A stretch of 64,000 nucleotides of DNA, taken from the NCBI GenBank assembly GCA_040754455.1, contig JBFMCP010000011.1, forward strand, positions 1 through 64,000, in the 5' to 3' direction. The position numbers and the translations under genes were made by a program. Source of the DNA: Nitrospirota bacterium. GTDB taxonomy: Bacteria; Nitrospirota; Thermodesulfovibrionia; Thermodesulfovibrionales; Dissulfurispiraceae. Positions 51,519 through 60,660 of this stretch are shown here, piece after piece. The stretch's first letter is position 1. Every line of letters starts with the position of its first letter. A model generated the notes under the pieces. The model was not told the DNA's origin. It did no database searches and was given only the letters and a program-made list of their open reading frames with translations.

Positions 51519-52402
51519 CATTCTTCTTTATTGTACATTTCTTCTGCATTCATTGAGCTCCTCACCAGCGGCCCAGAAGCGACAAAGGCAAATCCCAGAG
51601 CAAGAGCTCTCTCTTTTAGGTCGTTAAAGATTTCTGGTTTTATGTATTCTACAACAGGAAGGTTCTTTTTTGTAGGTCGCAGATACTGGCCTATGGTCAG
51701 AACACTGCAGCCTGTCTGCCTCAGATCGCCGAAAAGTTCGAGGAGTTCGCTTTCTGTTTCGCCGAGCCCTACCATGAGCCCTGACTTTGTCGCTATATCA
51801 GGGGCGATCTCTTTTGCTCGCTGCAGCACCTGCAGCGAACGCTCGTAGTCAGCCTGCGGCCGCACCCGGGCATAGAGCCTCTTGACGGTCTCGATATTGT
51901 GATTGAAGACATCGGGACGGGCTTCAAGAACTGTCTGCAACGCGTGCTCGTCGCCCTTGAAATCAGGGGTAAGCACTTCAATTTTAGTATCGGGCAACGT
52001 ACTCCTCACCGCCGTAATGGTAGCGGCAAAATGAGCGGCGCCGCCGTCGGGCAGATCATCCCTCGTCACCGAGGTGATCACCACATACTTCAGGCCCAAG
52101 GCGTGTGCAGCTTCCGCCACCCTTTCCGGCTCGGCAGCATCGACGGCGGAGGGAGCGCCTGTTGCAACGGCACAGAAAGCGCAATCTCGCGTACAGCAAT
52201 CCCCGAGGATCATGAAGGTCGCCGTCGGCTTTGAAAAACAGTACCCCCTGTTGGGACAGCGCGCCTCTTCACACACGGTCGAGAGCCGATGACCTCTCAA
52301 AAGGCTCTTTGTCGCATGCAGCCCTGCGTGTCGTTCGGCGAGAGCCCCTGAAGACTCAGGAGCCCCTGCTGCTTTGACTCTTATCCATTCAGGCAAGCGC
52401 AT
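51518..52402 (-). CDS. lipA: Lipoyl synthase
   Basis: VCEEARCPNRGYC, CTRDCAFC, NHNIETV, GQYLRP, PLVRSS. Confidence 0.96.
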   Translation of the reverse strand: MRLPEWIRVKAAGAPESSGALAERHAGLHATKSLLRGHRLSTVCEEARCPNRGYCFSKPTATFMILGDCCTRDCAFCAVATGAPSAVDAAEPERVAEAAHALGLKYVVITSVTRDDLPDGGAAHFAATITAVRSTLPDTKIEVLTPDFKGDEHALQTVLEARPDVFNHNIETVKRLYARVRPQADYERSLQVLQRAKEIAPDIATKSGLMVGLGETESELLELFGDLRQTGCSVLTIGQYLRPTKKNLPVVEYIKPEIFNDLKERALALGFAFVASGPLVRSSMNAEEMYNKEE

Positions 52403-52476
52403 ATCGGATAAAAAATTTAATATATAAGTGTACCACGTTTTTTGTCATAAGGTCTGCCTTGATTGTTGGGGGGCGC

Positions 52477-52505
52477 AAAAAAGAGGGCCTTGAACAGGCC
52501 CTCTT
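52477..52505 (-). terminator. Rho-independent terminator after the second csp
   Basis: AAGAGGGCCT-N5-AGGCCCTCTT with U-tract on the minus strand. Confidence 0.85.
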
Positions 52506-52532
52506 GATGTAATTTTAAATTATAATTGCGTG

Positions 52533-52739
52533 TTAGCTCAGTTTTTCTACATTAATTGCCTTTGGTCCGCGGTCACCTTCGACGATGTCAAACTGGACCT
52601 TCTGGCCTTCGGCCAGTGTTTTAAATCCCTCGGACTTGATTGCTGAGTAGTGAACAAAGACATCTGCTCCATTCTCCTGCTGGATGAATCCAAACCCCTT
52701 CGCTTCATTAAACCACTTCACCTTTCCTTCGAACGCCAT
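52533..52739 (-). CDS. csp: Cold-shock protein (CspA family)
   Basis: [32 protein letters not shown]. Confidence 0.97.
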   Translation of the reverse strand: MAFEGKVKWFNEAKGFGFIQQENGADVFVHYSAIKSEGFKTLAEGQKVQFDIVEGDRGPKAINVEKLS

Positions 52740-52847
52740 AACAACCACGCCTCCTTGTTTTCCCTGTCTCCAGGGTTGCTAAATAACGAAACAAAGTATC
52801 GCATACTCATTTATACCATGTACTTACCTCAAATGTCAAAGGGAAAA

Positions 52848-53624
52848 TTATTGATTTTGTTGGGGGTATTTGGCTTCTTCCCAGAGCGCGTCCATCTCCT
52901 CCAGGGTCATGTCCGAGAGATTTCTCCCGGATTCGGCAGCTTTTATCTCGATATATCGGAAACGGGAAATGAATTTACTGATCGTTTTCCTGAGTGCGTC
53001 TTCCGGATTGACGCCTACGAAGCGGGCGATATTGACGAGAGAGAAAAAGACGTCACCGAGTTCATCCTCGATCCGGGCCTGATCTTTGCTTTCAAGGGCT
53101 TTCCTGAACTCTGCGAGTTCCTCGTCAAGCTTTCCGAGTACATCCTCAACCCGTTTCCAGTCGAACCCTACACGTGCCGCCCTCGATTGGATCCGGTGCG
53201 CCTTGAGGAGTGAGGGAAGCTCCTTTGGAACACCCTCAAGGATGGACTCCCTGCCCTTCCCCTCTTCCCGCTTGCGTTCCTCCCATTGCTTCAGCACCTG
53301 TTCAGGGGTCTCGAATTTCGCGGTGCCGAAGACATGCGGATGCCGCCCGATCATTTTCGTGCTGATAGTGTTGATGACATCATCCATATCGAACTCCCCC
53401 TGCTCCTTGGCAAGCTGGGCATGGAAGATGATTTGAAAGAGCAGGTCGCCGAGCTCCTCTTTTATCTTTGAAGGGGCCTTTTCATCGATCGCCTCGATCA
53501 CCTCATAGGTCTCCTCGACGAGAAAGGGCTTCAGCGACTCCCGCGTCTGCTCCTTGTCCCAGGGGCAGCCGTTCTCGGCGCGCAGGGCAGCCATAATGTC
53601 GAGCAATTTTTGAAAATTATCCAT
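52848..53624 (-). CDS. mazG: Nucleoside triphosphate pyrophosphohydrolase
   Basis: GCPWDKEQT, EE.YEV, EELGDLL, RHPHVF, GFDW, ELGD. Confidence 0.96.
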   Translation of the reverse strand: MDNFQKLLDIMAALRAENGCPWDKEQTRESLKPFLVEETYEVIEAIDEKAPSKIKEELGDLLFQIIFHAQLAKEQGEFDMDDVINTISTKMIGRHPHVFGTAKFETPEQVLKQWEERKREEGKGRESILEGVPKELPSLLKAHRIQSRAARVGFDWKRVEDVLGKLDEELAEFRKALESKDQARIEDELGDVFFSLVNIARFVGVNPEDALRKTISKFISRFRYIEIKAAESGRNLSDMTLEEMDALWEEAKYPQQNQ

Positions 53625-53630
53625 AAAAAT

Positions 53631-53742
53631 AAATTCTAAATTCTAAGCACGAAGTCCTAAGCAAACCTTTACATTCAAATAACCCGAACAGTTTCGAATT
53701 TTGAGCATTCGAATTTGTTTCGAATTTAGGATTGAGGATTTT
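53631..53742. repeat. Heptamer-repeat inverted element
   Basis: TTCTAAA TTCTAAG CACGAAG TCCTAAG against TTTCGAA TTTAGGA TTGAGGA. Confidence 0.7.
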
Positions 53743-53771
53743 TCAGCTTTGTGTCCTTTGTGGTTCAGAAG

Positions 53772-54650
53772 TTATTTCGTTAAAATATCCACGATCTTCC
53801 GGTATCTGGCCACGGTCTTCTGCACGATCTCATCGGGGAGCACCGGACCCGGATAGGTTTTGTCCCAGTCAAGGGTAAGAAGGTAGTCCCTTACGAGTTG
53901 CTTGTCAAAGCTGTCCTGTCCCTTGCCGGGCTGGTAGTCCTTTATCGACCAGAACCGCGATGAATCGGGGGTGAGGAGCTCATCGATCAGGATCAACCTG
54001 TTTTCATACAATCCGAATTCCATCTTCGTATCGGCGATGATGATGCCTTTCTTCTCCGCAATCTCTCTGCCCCTTTTGTACACTTTGAGACTCACCTCTT
54101 TGAGTTGTTCCGCAAGGGCAGGATCAACGAGCTTTTTCATCTCATCGAAACTGATATTGACGTCGTGTCCCTCTTCCGCTTTCGTGCTCGGCGTAAAGAT
54201 AGGCTCATCGAGCCGGGAAGATTCCACGAGACCTCCGGGAAGCTTGATCCCGCCGACAGTCCCTCTTTCTTTGTACTCCTTCCATCCGGAGCCCGAGAGA
54301 TATCCGCGCACAATGCACTCGACAGGCATCGGCGTTGCCTTTTTCACCAGCATGCTCCTGCCTTCGAGCACACTCTTATGTTTCTGGAGCACGGAGGGAT
54401 AATCTTTCACCTCAGTCGCTACAATATGGTTTTCGATAATATCCTTCATCTGGTCGAACCAATAGAGGGATATGCGGGTCAGCATCGTTCCTTTATCGGG
54501 AATGCCGTTGGGCAGCACTACATCAAAGGCCGAAACCCTGTCGGTAGCGACAATGAGGAGATAGTTGTCCACTTCATAGACGTCCCTCACCTTGCCGCGC
54601 CTGACCAGCTTCACCTCATCGAAATCCGTTTTCATGACTACGTCAGCCAT
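53772..54650 (-). CDS. purC: SAICAR synthetase
   Basis: [50 protein letters not shown]. Confidence 0.97.
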   Translation of the reverse strand: MADVVMKTDFDEVKLVRRGKVRDVYEVDNYLLIVATDRVSAFDVVLPNGIPDKGTMLTRISLYWFDQMKDIIENHIVATEVKDYPSVLQKHKSVLEGRSMLVKKATPMPVECIVRGYLSGSGWKEYKERGTVGGIKLPGGLVESSRLDEPIFTPSTKAEEGHDVNISFDEMKKLVDPALAEQLKEVSLKVYKRGREIAEKKGIIIADTKMEFGLYENRLILIDELLTPDSSRFWSIKDYQPGKGQDSFDKQLVRDYLLTLDWDKTYPGPVLPDEIVQKTVARYRKIVDILTK

Positions 54651-54712
54651 GGTTACCTCCTCAGAGCGATTTCCGAAACTCACATGACGCTAGAAAACAA
54701 GTTATTATTTTA

Positions 54713-57382
54713 TCATAAACGGGCGGGAGCAGCACTACGCCGCCGTATCCACTTCTCGATCTCAACCGCAAAAAATACCACCGTGGAAAGCGCGAGGATC
54801 GACAGCAGCTCGTGCGCCGTAAGCGGTACCGTCTTGAATATAGAATTAAAGAACGGCACATAGATGACCGCCATCTGGAGAAGAAAGGTAACGAGCACCG
54901 CCCCCAGCATTGCCTTGATTTTTTCTGGAGGCATTCTGAAGAACGATTGCTGCTCAGAGGTAAGGGCCAGTGCAGTGCCGAGTTCAGCTACACAGATGAA
55001 GGTGAAGACCATGGTCTGCCACTTTGCATGCAAGCCGCCGTTCATCGTGCCCGCCTGGAGCATGATGCCGATGCCTGCCAGGAGGAGACCCGTCCAGAGG
55101 ACGCTCACCATCATCCGAGCACCAATGATCCCGGCCTTGGGATCACGGGGCGGTCTGCTCATCACATTCGGCTCCGCAGGCCCCGCAGCAAAGGCGAGGC
55201 TCGGCAGGCCGTCGGTAACGAGATTGAGCCAGAGCATATGAATCGGCAGGAGGGGGAGGGGCAGTCCGAAGAACGGGGCAAAGAAGATCAGCATGATCTC
55301 ACCAGAATTGGTTGAAAGTATATAGCGGATCATCTTCTCGATTCCGTCGAATATCCTTCTCCCCTCCTTAACCGCCTTGACGATGGTGGCGAAATTATCG
55401 TCCAGGAGAACCATGTGGGCCGCCTGCTTCGCCACATCGGTGCCGGTGATGCCCATCGCAATACCGATATCTGCGCGTTTCAGGGCAGGGGTGTCGTTGA
55501 CACCATCCCCCGTCATTGCGACAAATTGTCCTTTGTCCTGGAGCGCTTTGACGATCTTCAGCTTCTGTTCGGGGGCAACCCGGGCATACGCCCTGATATG
55601 TTCAACCCGTTCTTCAAACTCCTCGAGAGGCAACTTTTCAAGCTCCCTTCCTGTCATCACTCCCCGCTCACCCTCAAGTATCCCGAGCCTTTTAGCGATA
55701 GCCCGTGCGGTAAGGGGATGGTCGCCCGTAATCATGACCGGCTTGATTCCCGCACTCTTGCACAGGGCAACCGCCTCCTTTGCTTCCTCCCGGGGCGGAT
55801 CCATCATGCCGACAAGTCCGAGCATCGTGAGGCCTGTCTCGACCTGCTCGGGCGACAGGTTTTCAGGAATCCTGTCCCATGTCCTCATGGTGATACATAA
55901 AATTCTCAGCCCATCCGCAGCCATTCGCTCATTGATTTTAAAAACAGCTTGTTCATTGACTGCTTTTGTTCCCTGCACGGTAAGCACATCCTCCGATTTT
56001 TCGGCAAGCGACTCGACCGCACCTTTGGTGAACGATACAAAACCGCCACCCCATTTATGAAAGGTGGTCATTGCCTTTCGTTCAGAATCAAAGGGAACCT
56101 CAGCCATCCTCGGAAAGTCATTCTCGAGGGCTTTCTTATCAAAGCCAAGCTCTTTGGCAATATTATAGAGTGCGATTTCGGTCGGATCGCCGATCATCGT
56201 TCCATCGGCGCCCATCTGCGCGTCATTGCTCAACGCAAGGGCAATCATCATCAGCTCGGAAGCGCGGAGGTCCGGAAGCGCAGAAGGGACGGGCTTCCTT
56301 AATGTGACCTCCGCACTTCCACGCTTCAGATCCTCCGCTCTCGCTACTTTCTCATCAACATAGACCTCTTCAACGGTCATTTTATTCAGGGTAAGCGTCC
56401 CTGTCTTATCGGAGCAGATGTAGGTGACCGAGCCGAGCGTCTCTACTGCCGGGAGCTTTCTCACCAATACATTCTGCCTGACCATTTTCCTTGCCCCGAG
56501 AGCAAGCGATATGGTCACCACCGCTGGCAGTGCCTCCGGAATCGCTGCAACAACAAGGGTGAGGGCGGTCATGAACATTCCCAGAACCGGCTCCCCCCTC
56601 AGTATGCCGAAACCAAAGACAATGGCGCAGATGGCGATCACCGACAGCGCAAGTTTTCTCCCGAATGCGGCCAGTCTCTTTTGAAGCGGTGTTTTGACCT
56701 CCTCCTCTTCCTGGAGCATGGTGGCGATCTTACCGAGCTCCGTGTCCATTCCGGTGGCGACCACAATGCCACTCCCTCTCCCATACGATACCGTCGTGCC
56801 CTTGTATGCCATATTTTTTCTATCACCGAGGGAAAGCGCTGCGTCCTCCAATGCTTCCGTGTGCTTTTCTACAGGAACCGACTCCCCCGTAAGCGCTGCC
56901 TCTTCAACTTTCAACTGTGCCGCTTCCGCAAGCCGCATGTCAGCAGGCACGATTTTCCCGGCCTCGAGCAGCACCATATCACCGGGCACAATCTCCGAGG
57001 CCTGAATATCCGCAGGCACTCCGCTCCTGATGACCGTCGCCGTCGGCGCCGCCATCTTCTCAAGAGCTGCCATCGCCTTTTCTGCCCTGTACTCCTGGAT
57101 AAATCCTATAATCGCGTTGAGAACAATGATCACGATGATGGCAATAGTATCCGAGAGCTCGCCGATAAAGCCCGATATTCCCGCGGCAGCGACGAGCACG
57201 AGGATCATGAGATCCTTGAATTGATCGAGAAACATCATGAAGGGGGTCTTTTTCTTCTTCTCTTTCAGCTTATTGGGGCCGTAATCAGCCAGGCGCTTCC
57301 GCGCCTCTTCAGGGGAAATCCCCTGAAGGGATGTATTCAGTTCGGCGACAACTGCATCGATTCTCTTCTGGTGCCAGCGCAT
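54713..57382 (-). CDS. P2A-type cation-transporting P-type ATPase (Ca2+/Mn2+ class)
   Basis: [51 protein letters not shown]. Confidence 0.95.
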   Translation of the reverse strand: MRWHQKRIDAVVAELNTSLQGISPEEARKRLADYGPNKLKEKKKKTPFMMFLDQFKDLMILVLVAAAGISGFIGELSDTIAIIVIIVLNAIIGFIQEYRAEKAMAALEKMAAPTATVIRSGVPADIQASEIVPGDMVLLEAGKIVPADMRLAEAAQLKVEEAALTGESVPVEKHTEALEDAALSLGDRKNMAYKGTTVSYGRGSGIVVATGMDTELGKIATMLQEEEEVKTPLQKRLAAFGRKLALSVIAICAIVFGFGILRGEPVLGMFMTALTLVVAAIPEALPAVVTISLALGARKMVRQNVLVRKLPAVETLGSVTYICSDKTGTLTLNKMTVEEVYVDEKVARAEDLKRGSAEVTLRKPVPSALPDLRASELMMIALALSNDAQMGADGTMIGDPTEIALYNIAKELGFDKKALENDFPRMAEVPFDSERKAMTTFHKWGGGFVSFTKGAVESLAEKSEDVLTVQGTKAVNEQAVFKINERMAADGLRILCITMRTWDRIPENLSPEQVETGLTMLGLVGMMDPPREEAKEAVALCKSAGIKPVMITGDHPLTARAIAKRLGILEGERGVMTGRELEKLPLEEFEERVEHIRAYARVAPEQKLKIVKALQDKGQFVAMTGDGVNDTPALKRADIGIAMGITGTDVAKQAAHMVLLDDNFATIVKAVKEGRRIFDGIEKMIRYILSTNSGEIMLIFFAPFFGLPLPLLPIHMLWLNLVTDGLPSLAFAAGPAEPNVMSRPPRDPKAGIIGARMMVSVLWTGLLLAGIGIMLQAGTMNGGLHAKWQTMVFTFICVAELGTALALTSEQQSFFRMPPEKIKAMLGAVLVTFLLQMAVIYVPFFNSIFKTVPLTAHELLSILALSTVVFFAVEIEKWIRRRSAAPARL

Positions 57383-57418
57383 GAATGCTCCTTCTAAAGC
57401 CAAGATTAAAGGCTCAGG

Positions 57419-57688
57419 TCAGTCGAACAATTCTTCGAAGAACGATTTCATTTTGTGTTTCTTATGTCCGTAGTGTTTATCTTTGTATTCGTAATGTTTA
57501 TGCTTATTCCTGGACTCCTCATGGGGTACATGTCGATGTCCCTCATCATACACTGAAGCGGATCTTTCTATAATTTTATCAAGCTCGCCGCGATCTAACC
57601 ACACCCCGCGGCACTGCGGGCAATAATCGATCTCGATTCCCTGCCGCTCGGATATCGCCAGGGCGATAGTACATGCCGGACATTTCAT
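57419..57688 (-). CDS. zf-TFIIB zinc-ribbon protein with His/Lys-rich tail
   Basis: CPAC...IEIDYCPQCRGVWLDRGELDKI; His-rich segment and terminal SFFEELFD. Confidence 0.9.
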   Translation of the reverse strand: MKCPACTIALAISERQGIEIDYCPQCRGVWLDRGELDKIIERSASVYDEGHRHVPHEESRNKHKHYEYKDKHYGHKKHKMKSFFEELFD

Positions 57689-57716
57689 ACCGGATACCTC
57701 CCTTCCAATGGCCTGG

Positions 57717-58016
57717 CTACTTCTTGAATACGCTGAAAAGCTTATCGAGCCCCGTCTTTTCGAGCCGGGCTACTGCCTCGAGCTCTCCAGCATCGAGCCA
57801 GATCCCCTCGCACTCCGAGCATTTATCGACCTTTATGTCTTTATAGTCAATCTCTATCAGCTCCATCCCGCACTTGGGGCAGCGCATAAAATGGAGCTCT
57901 CTGAGCCGCTTCTTCTCCTCATCGGCGAGCCTCCTATGCTTCTCCTCCTCGATCTTCTTTAATCTCTCATACTCCTTCCTTGCTACATACTCCTCTTCTC
58001 TTTCGCTTGGTCTCAT
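57717..58016 (-). CDS. zf-TFIIB zinc-ribbon protein
   Basis: EEEY.AR coiled coil, CPKCG...DKCSECEGIWLDAGELE; AAGGAGG RBS and ATGA coupling to the upstream gene. Confidence 0.88.
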   Translation of the reverse strand: MRPSEREEEYVARKEYERLKKIEEEKHRRLADEEKKRLRELHFMRCPKCGMELIEIDYKDIKVDKCSECEGIWLDAGELEAVARLEKTGLDKLFSVFKK

Positions 58017-58225
58017 TGCATATACCTCCTTTTTCCGTTCTGCAGCTTGGTTTTCACTGCCCTTAATAAACCTCTCGCCCAACTGAACTCGGTGGAGAGG
58101 ATCCCCAGGCCGAGCGGTATCACGACAACGGCAGGGCCGGGCAGAATAATCATTGCAATGCCTCCCGCCAGCACGGCAAACCCGACGACGGCCACCAGCA
58201 CCCTCTTCATCGATCGCACAACCAT
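58013..58225 (-). CDS. PGPGW-family small membrane protein
   Basis: G..VL..GIAMIILPGPA.VVIPLGL.ILSTEF.WA. Confidence 0.85.
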   Translation of the reverse strand: MVVRSMKRVLVAVVGFAVLAGGIAMIILPGPAVVVIPLGLGILSTEFSWARGLLRAVKTKLQNGKRRYMQ

Positions 58226-58232
58226 GATGCGA

Positions 58233-59696
58233 TTATCCCAGGAACTTTCTTATATGCGCTGCCTCAATGAGCATCCGCTGCATATTCGAATGGTCATTCT
58301 CCCTGAGGGCCTTTATGATCCGTGAAGTGATCTTCTTGTACTCAGGGAGTATGCTGTATTCACCCCAGTCGAGCCGGAGCGATTTCCTCACCTCATCCGG
58401 AAGAAGTGCAAGCACCTCCTCGTTAAAAAAGGACATTGCCGTCTTCATATCGAACATGAAGTTCACATGCATATCCTTCATGCATGCTCTATCCTCAGGG
58501 GTAAGAACATTAAGCCCGATGATCTCCGGCGGCAGGCCGATGGAATAGCAGGCGGCACAGAAGCTTATAACTCTCGGGAGCGAGGTGGTGCCGATGCTGC
58601 GGGCGTATCCGAAAAGACCGACATGGAGCTTTCGCATCCTTCGCCTCGGAACAAAACCTGCCATATGGTTGATAACGGGAGCAAGATATTCTATAAGTCT
58701 CCGGTATTCCACCGACACCTTTTCTATGATTTCGATGCACTTCCCCTCGTCCAGGTCATATCCCCTCATCATCCGGGTTCCTCTCAGCCTCTCTATGGCG
58801 GAGGTGACCGACAAAACGGAGTAGTCGTACTTGAAAGCAGACTGGATGGTAAATGTCTGGACATCGGGATACTCTTCCAGCATCATGTCGACGGTGTCGG
58901 GGGTAAGATGTCCTCTGAACGGCGCAGAACCGGCGCCGAGTATGGGGTATATTGCAACGCCGGTCTCTTCGGAGAGCTTCCTCAGGCGTTGAAGGGCGAT
59001 TTTATTGCAGAGGATTGCGCTTACCATGCCGTAGTTCATAGCGGGATCGGACCTGGCGATAAAAACCCGCTGGTGCTTGATATCCTTCCCCTTCAAATAT
59101 TCGCCTATAATGCGGTGGGCCTCGAGCATATGCACCTTATCCTCGAAAAGCGGGATCACATTGATGGTTCCAGGCTGGAACTCTCCGATCCACTCGGAGA
59201 TGGTGATGTCCCCCGGGTAAAAGGGCTTATGCCCCTTTCCCACCACAAAATCCTTGTAGTAATAGTAGACCCTGTTCAGACTCTCAGGGGATATCGTCAT
59301 CGGCAGAATGACTTCGAAAATGGGAGGGATGTCCTGTCCATAAAACAGCCGCGCAGCATCGCAGGACCGGGGTATGCTCTCAAGTGTCTCTATGAGGACT
59401 TTGGCTTCCTGCCGTTCCGCATCGGGGTTGGGGACCCGCAACGTGAGGAAGATATCCTCCCCCAACCTCTTCTGTTTGAAAAAGTGCTCATATTTGGTGA
59501 GGAGCTTGCGCACGACGAAATCATCGACTTCCTTGCCCTCGCAATCCCACATCTGCTCATCGATACCGAGGTGCGAATAGGCGTAATACGCTTCCTGTAT
59601 CTCGTCATCTCCCGACATGTCCTGACTCTCGGCAAAGAAGGGCAGGACGACATTGTCCGGGTGCTGTGTCGACATTACCCTCGGAATCCTCATCAT
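58233..59696 (-). CDS. ppcA: Archaeal-type phosphoenolpyruvate carboxylase
   Basis: IPRVMSTQHPDN, EQMWD.EGK, LTLRVPNP, FEVILPM, VIPLFED, ARSDPAMNYG, G.GSAPFRG, T.QSAFKYD, LPR.ISF, RKFLG; 487 aa. Confidence 0.95.
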   Translation of the reverse strand: MMRIPRVMSTQHPDNVVLPFFAESQDMSGDDEIQEAYYAYSHLGIDEQMWDCEGKEVDDFVVRKLLTKYEHFFKQKRLGEDIFLTLRVPNPDAERQEAKVLIETLESIPRSCDAARLFYGQDIPPIFEVILPMTISPESLNRVYYYYKDFVVGKGHKPFYPGDITISEWIGEFQPGTINVIPLFEDKVHMLEAHRIIGEYLKGKDIKHQRVFIARSDPAMNYGMVSAILCNKIALQRLRKLSEETGVAIYPILGAGSAPFRGHLTPDTVDMMLEEYPDVQTFTIQSAFKYDYSVLSVTSAIERLRGTRMMRGYDLDEGKCIEIIEKVSVEYRRLIEYLAPVINHMAGFVPRRRMRKLHVGLFGYARSIGTTSLPRVISFCAACYSIGLPPEIIGLNVLTPEDRACMKDMHVNFMFDMKTAMSFFNEEVLALLPDEVRKSLRLDWGEYSILPEYKKITSRIIKALRENDHSNMQRMLIEAAHIRKFLG

Positions 59697-60328
59697 TGTG
59701 CTATCCTCTCAAACCTATCGGTGGAGGGATTGTAGGAGCACATACTTCCCTCTCCTATGTCATAGTACCAGCCGTGGAGGTGCAGCGTTCCCTCATTCAA
59801 TGACTGCTCAACAAAGGGATAGGTCTGTATATTATTCAATTGCAGCAGGATATTCTCCTCCTCGGTAATCCGTTGGCGGGATTCCTCGGAAGAGATCTTA
59901 TCCGGGTAAAATTTAGTGACGATGAGCTTTACCGGGAATGCAAGTTTCAGCCACTCCTTCAGGTGCGGCATATGCTCAAAATCCCCTTCAGAATGGTAAA
60001 GCGCCTGCATGGCGCCGCAATTCGAATGTCCGCATACGATGATATCGGCCACCTTCAGGCCGAGTACGGCAAACTCAATAGCTGCGGCAACGCTGTTTTT
60101 GTCCTTTATGGCATCGTAGGGGGGAACGATATTTCCTACATTTCTCACAATGAAAAGCTCACCCGGCCTACTTTGCGTCACGAGGTTGGGGTCCACCCGC
60201 GAATCCGCACAGGTGATAAAGAGCACTTTTGGAGATTGATGCTCGGAAAGGCGCCTGAAAAGATCCCTCTCCCTCTTAAAATACGACTCCTGAAATGTGT
60301 GAATACCCCTATACAGTTTTTCGACCAT
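59693..60328 (-). CDS. Beta-class carbonic anhydrase
   Basis: Q.P..LFITCADSR, GELFIVRNVGN, GHSNCGAM, HGWYYDI; ATGA-type overlap with ppcA. Confidence 0.95.
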   Translation of the reverse strand: MVEKLYRGIHTFQESYFKRERDLFRRLSEHQSPKVLFITCADSRVDPNLVTQSRPGELFIVRNVGNIVPPYDAIKDKNSVAAAIEFAVLGLKVADIIVCGHSNCGAMQALYHSEGDFEHMPHLKEWLKLAFPVKLIVTKFYPDKISSEESRQRITEEENILLQLNNIQTYPFVEQSLNEGTLHLHGWYYDIGEGSMCSYNPSTDRFERIAQ

Positions 60329-60344
60329 ACTATCGCTCCAATAT

Positions 60345-60465
60345 AAAAAGACCTTTACCACTTTTAAAGTAAGAGCTAAGAAGTGAGAACTCAAGAAGTA
60401 AAAGATAAAGGCAAATACTATTACTTCTCACTTCCTACTTCTTACTTTTCAGGTGGTAAAGGTCT
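60345..60465 (-). terminator. Riboswitch expression-platform terminator with a repeat-filled loop
   Basis: 13-bp perfect stem, 60349-60361 with 60453-60465, followed by UUUU on the minus strand; one arm overlaps the aptamer P1 3' strand. Confidence 0.8.
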
Positions 60466-60552
60466 CGCTTGTTAGACTGTCCTAACCAGCGGTACCGGGT
60501 CAAATGTACGACCGTATTGACGATAGCCGCTGCTACAGCTACTCCCCTTTAC
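60456..60552 (-). ncRNA. yybP-ykoY (Mn2+-class) riboswitch, copy 1
   Basis: Minus strand GUAAAGGGGAGUAGC ... CGUCAAUACGG ... GUUAG..CUAAC AAGCGAGACCUUUAC; P1 GUAAAGG/CCUUUAC; upstream of an operon with a P-type ATPase, zf-TFIIB and PGPGW genes. Confidence 0.9.
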
Positions 60553-60561
60553 TATTGTTCT

Positions 60562-60590
60562 ACCTTACCCCAAATGGGAAGATATGTCAA
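60562..60590 (-). promoter_or_regulatory. Sigma70 promoter directly upstream of riboswitch copy 1
   Basis: TTGACA (60590-60585), 17 nt, TAAGGT (60567-60562); predicted +1 lies just before the aptamer. Confidence 0.7.
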
Positions 60591-60660
60591 CTATCATTTC
60601 CCGTAAGGAAGAACTCTCTTCACCTCGCCCTCTCCTCAAGCGCCACCATACGTGAATGTC

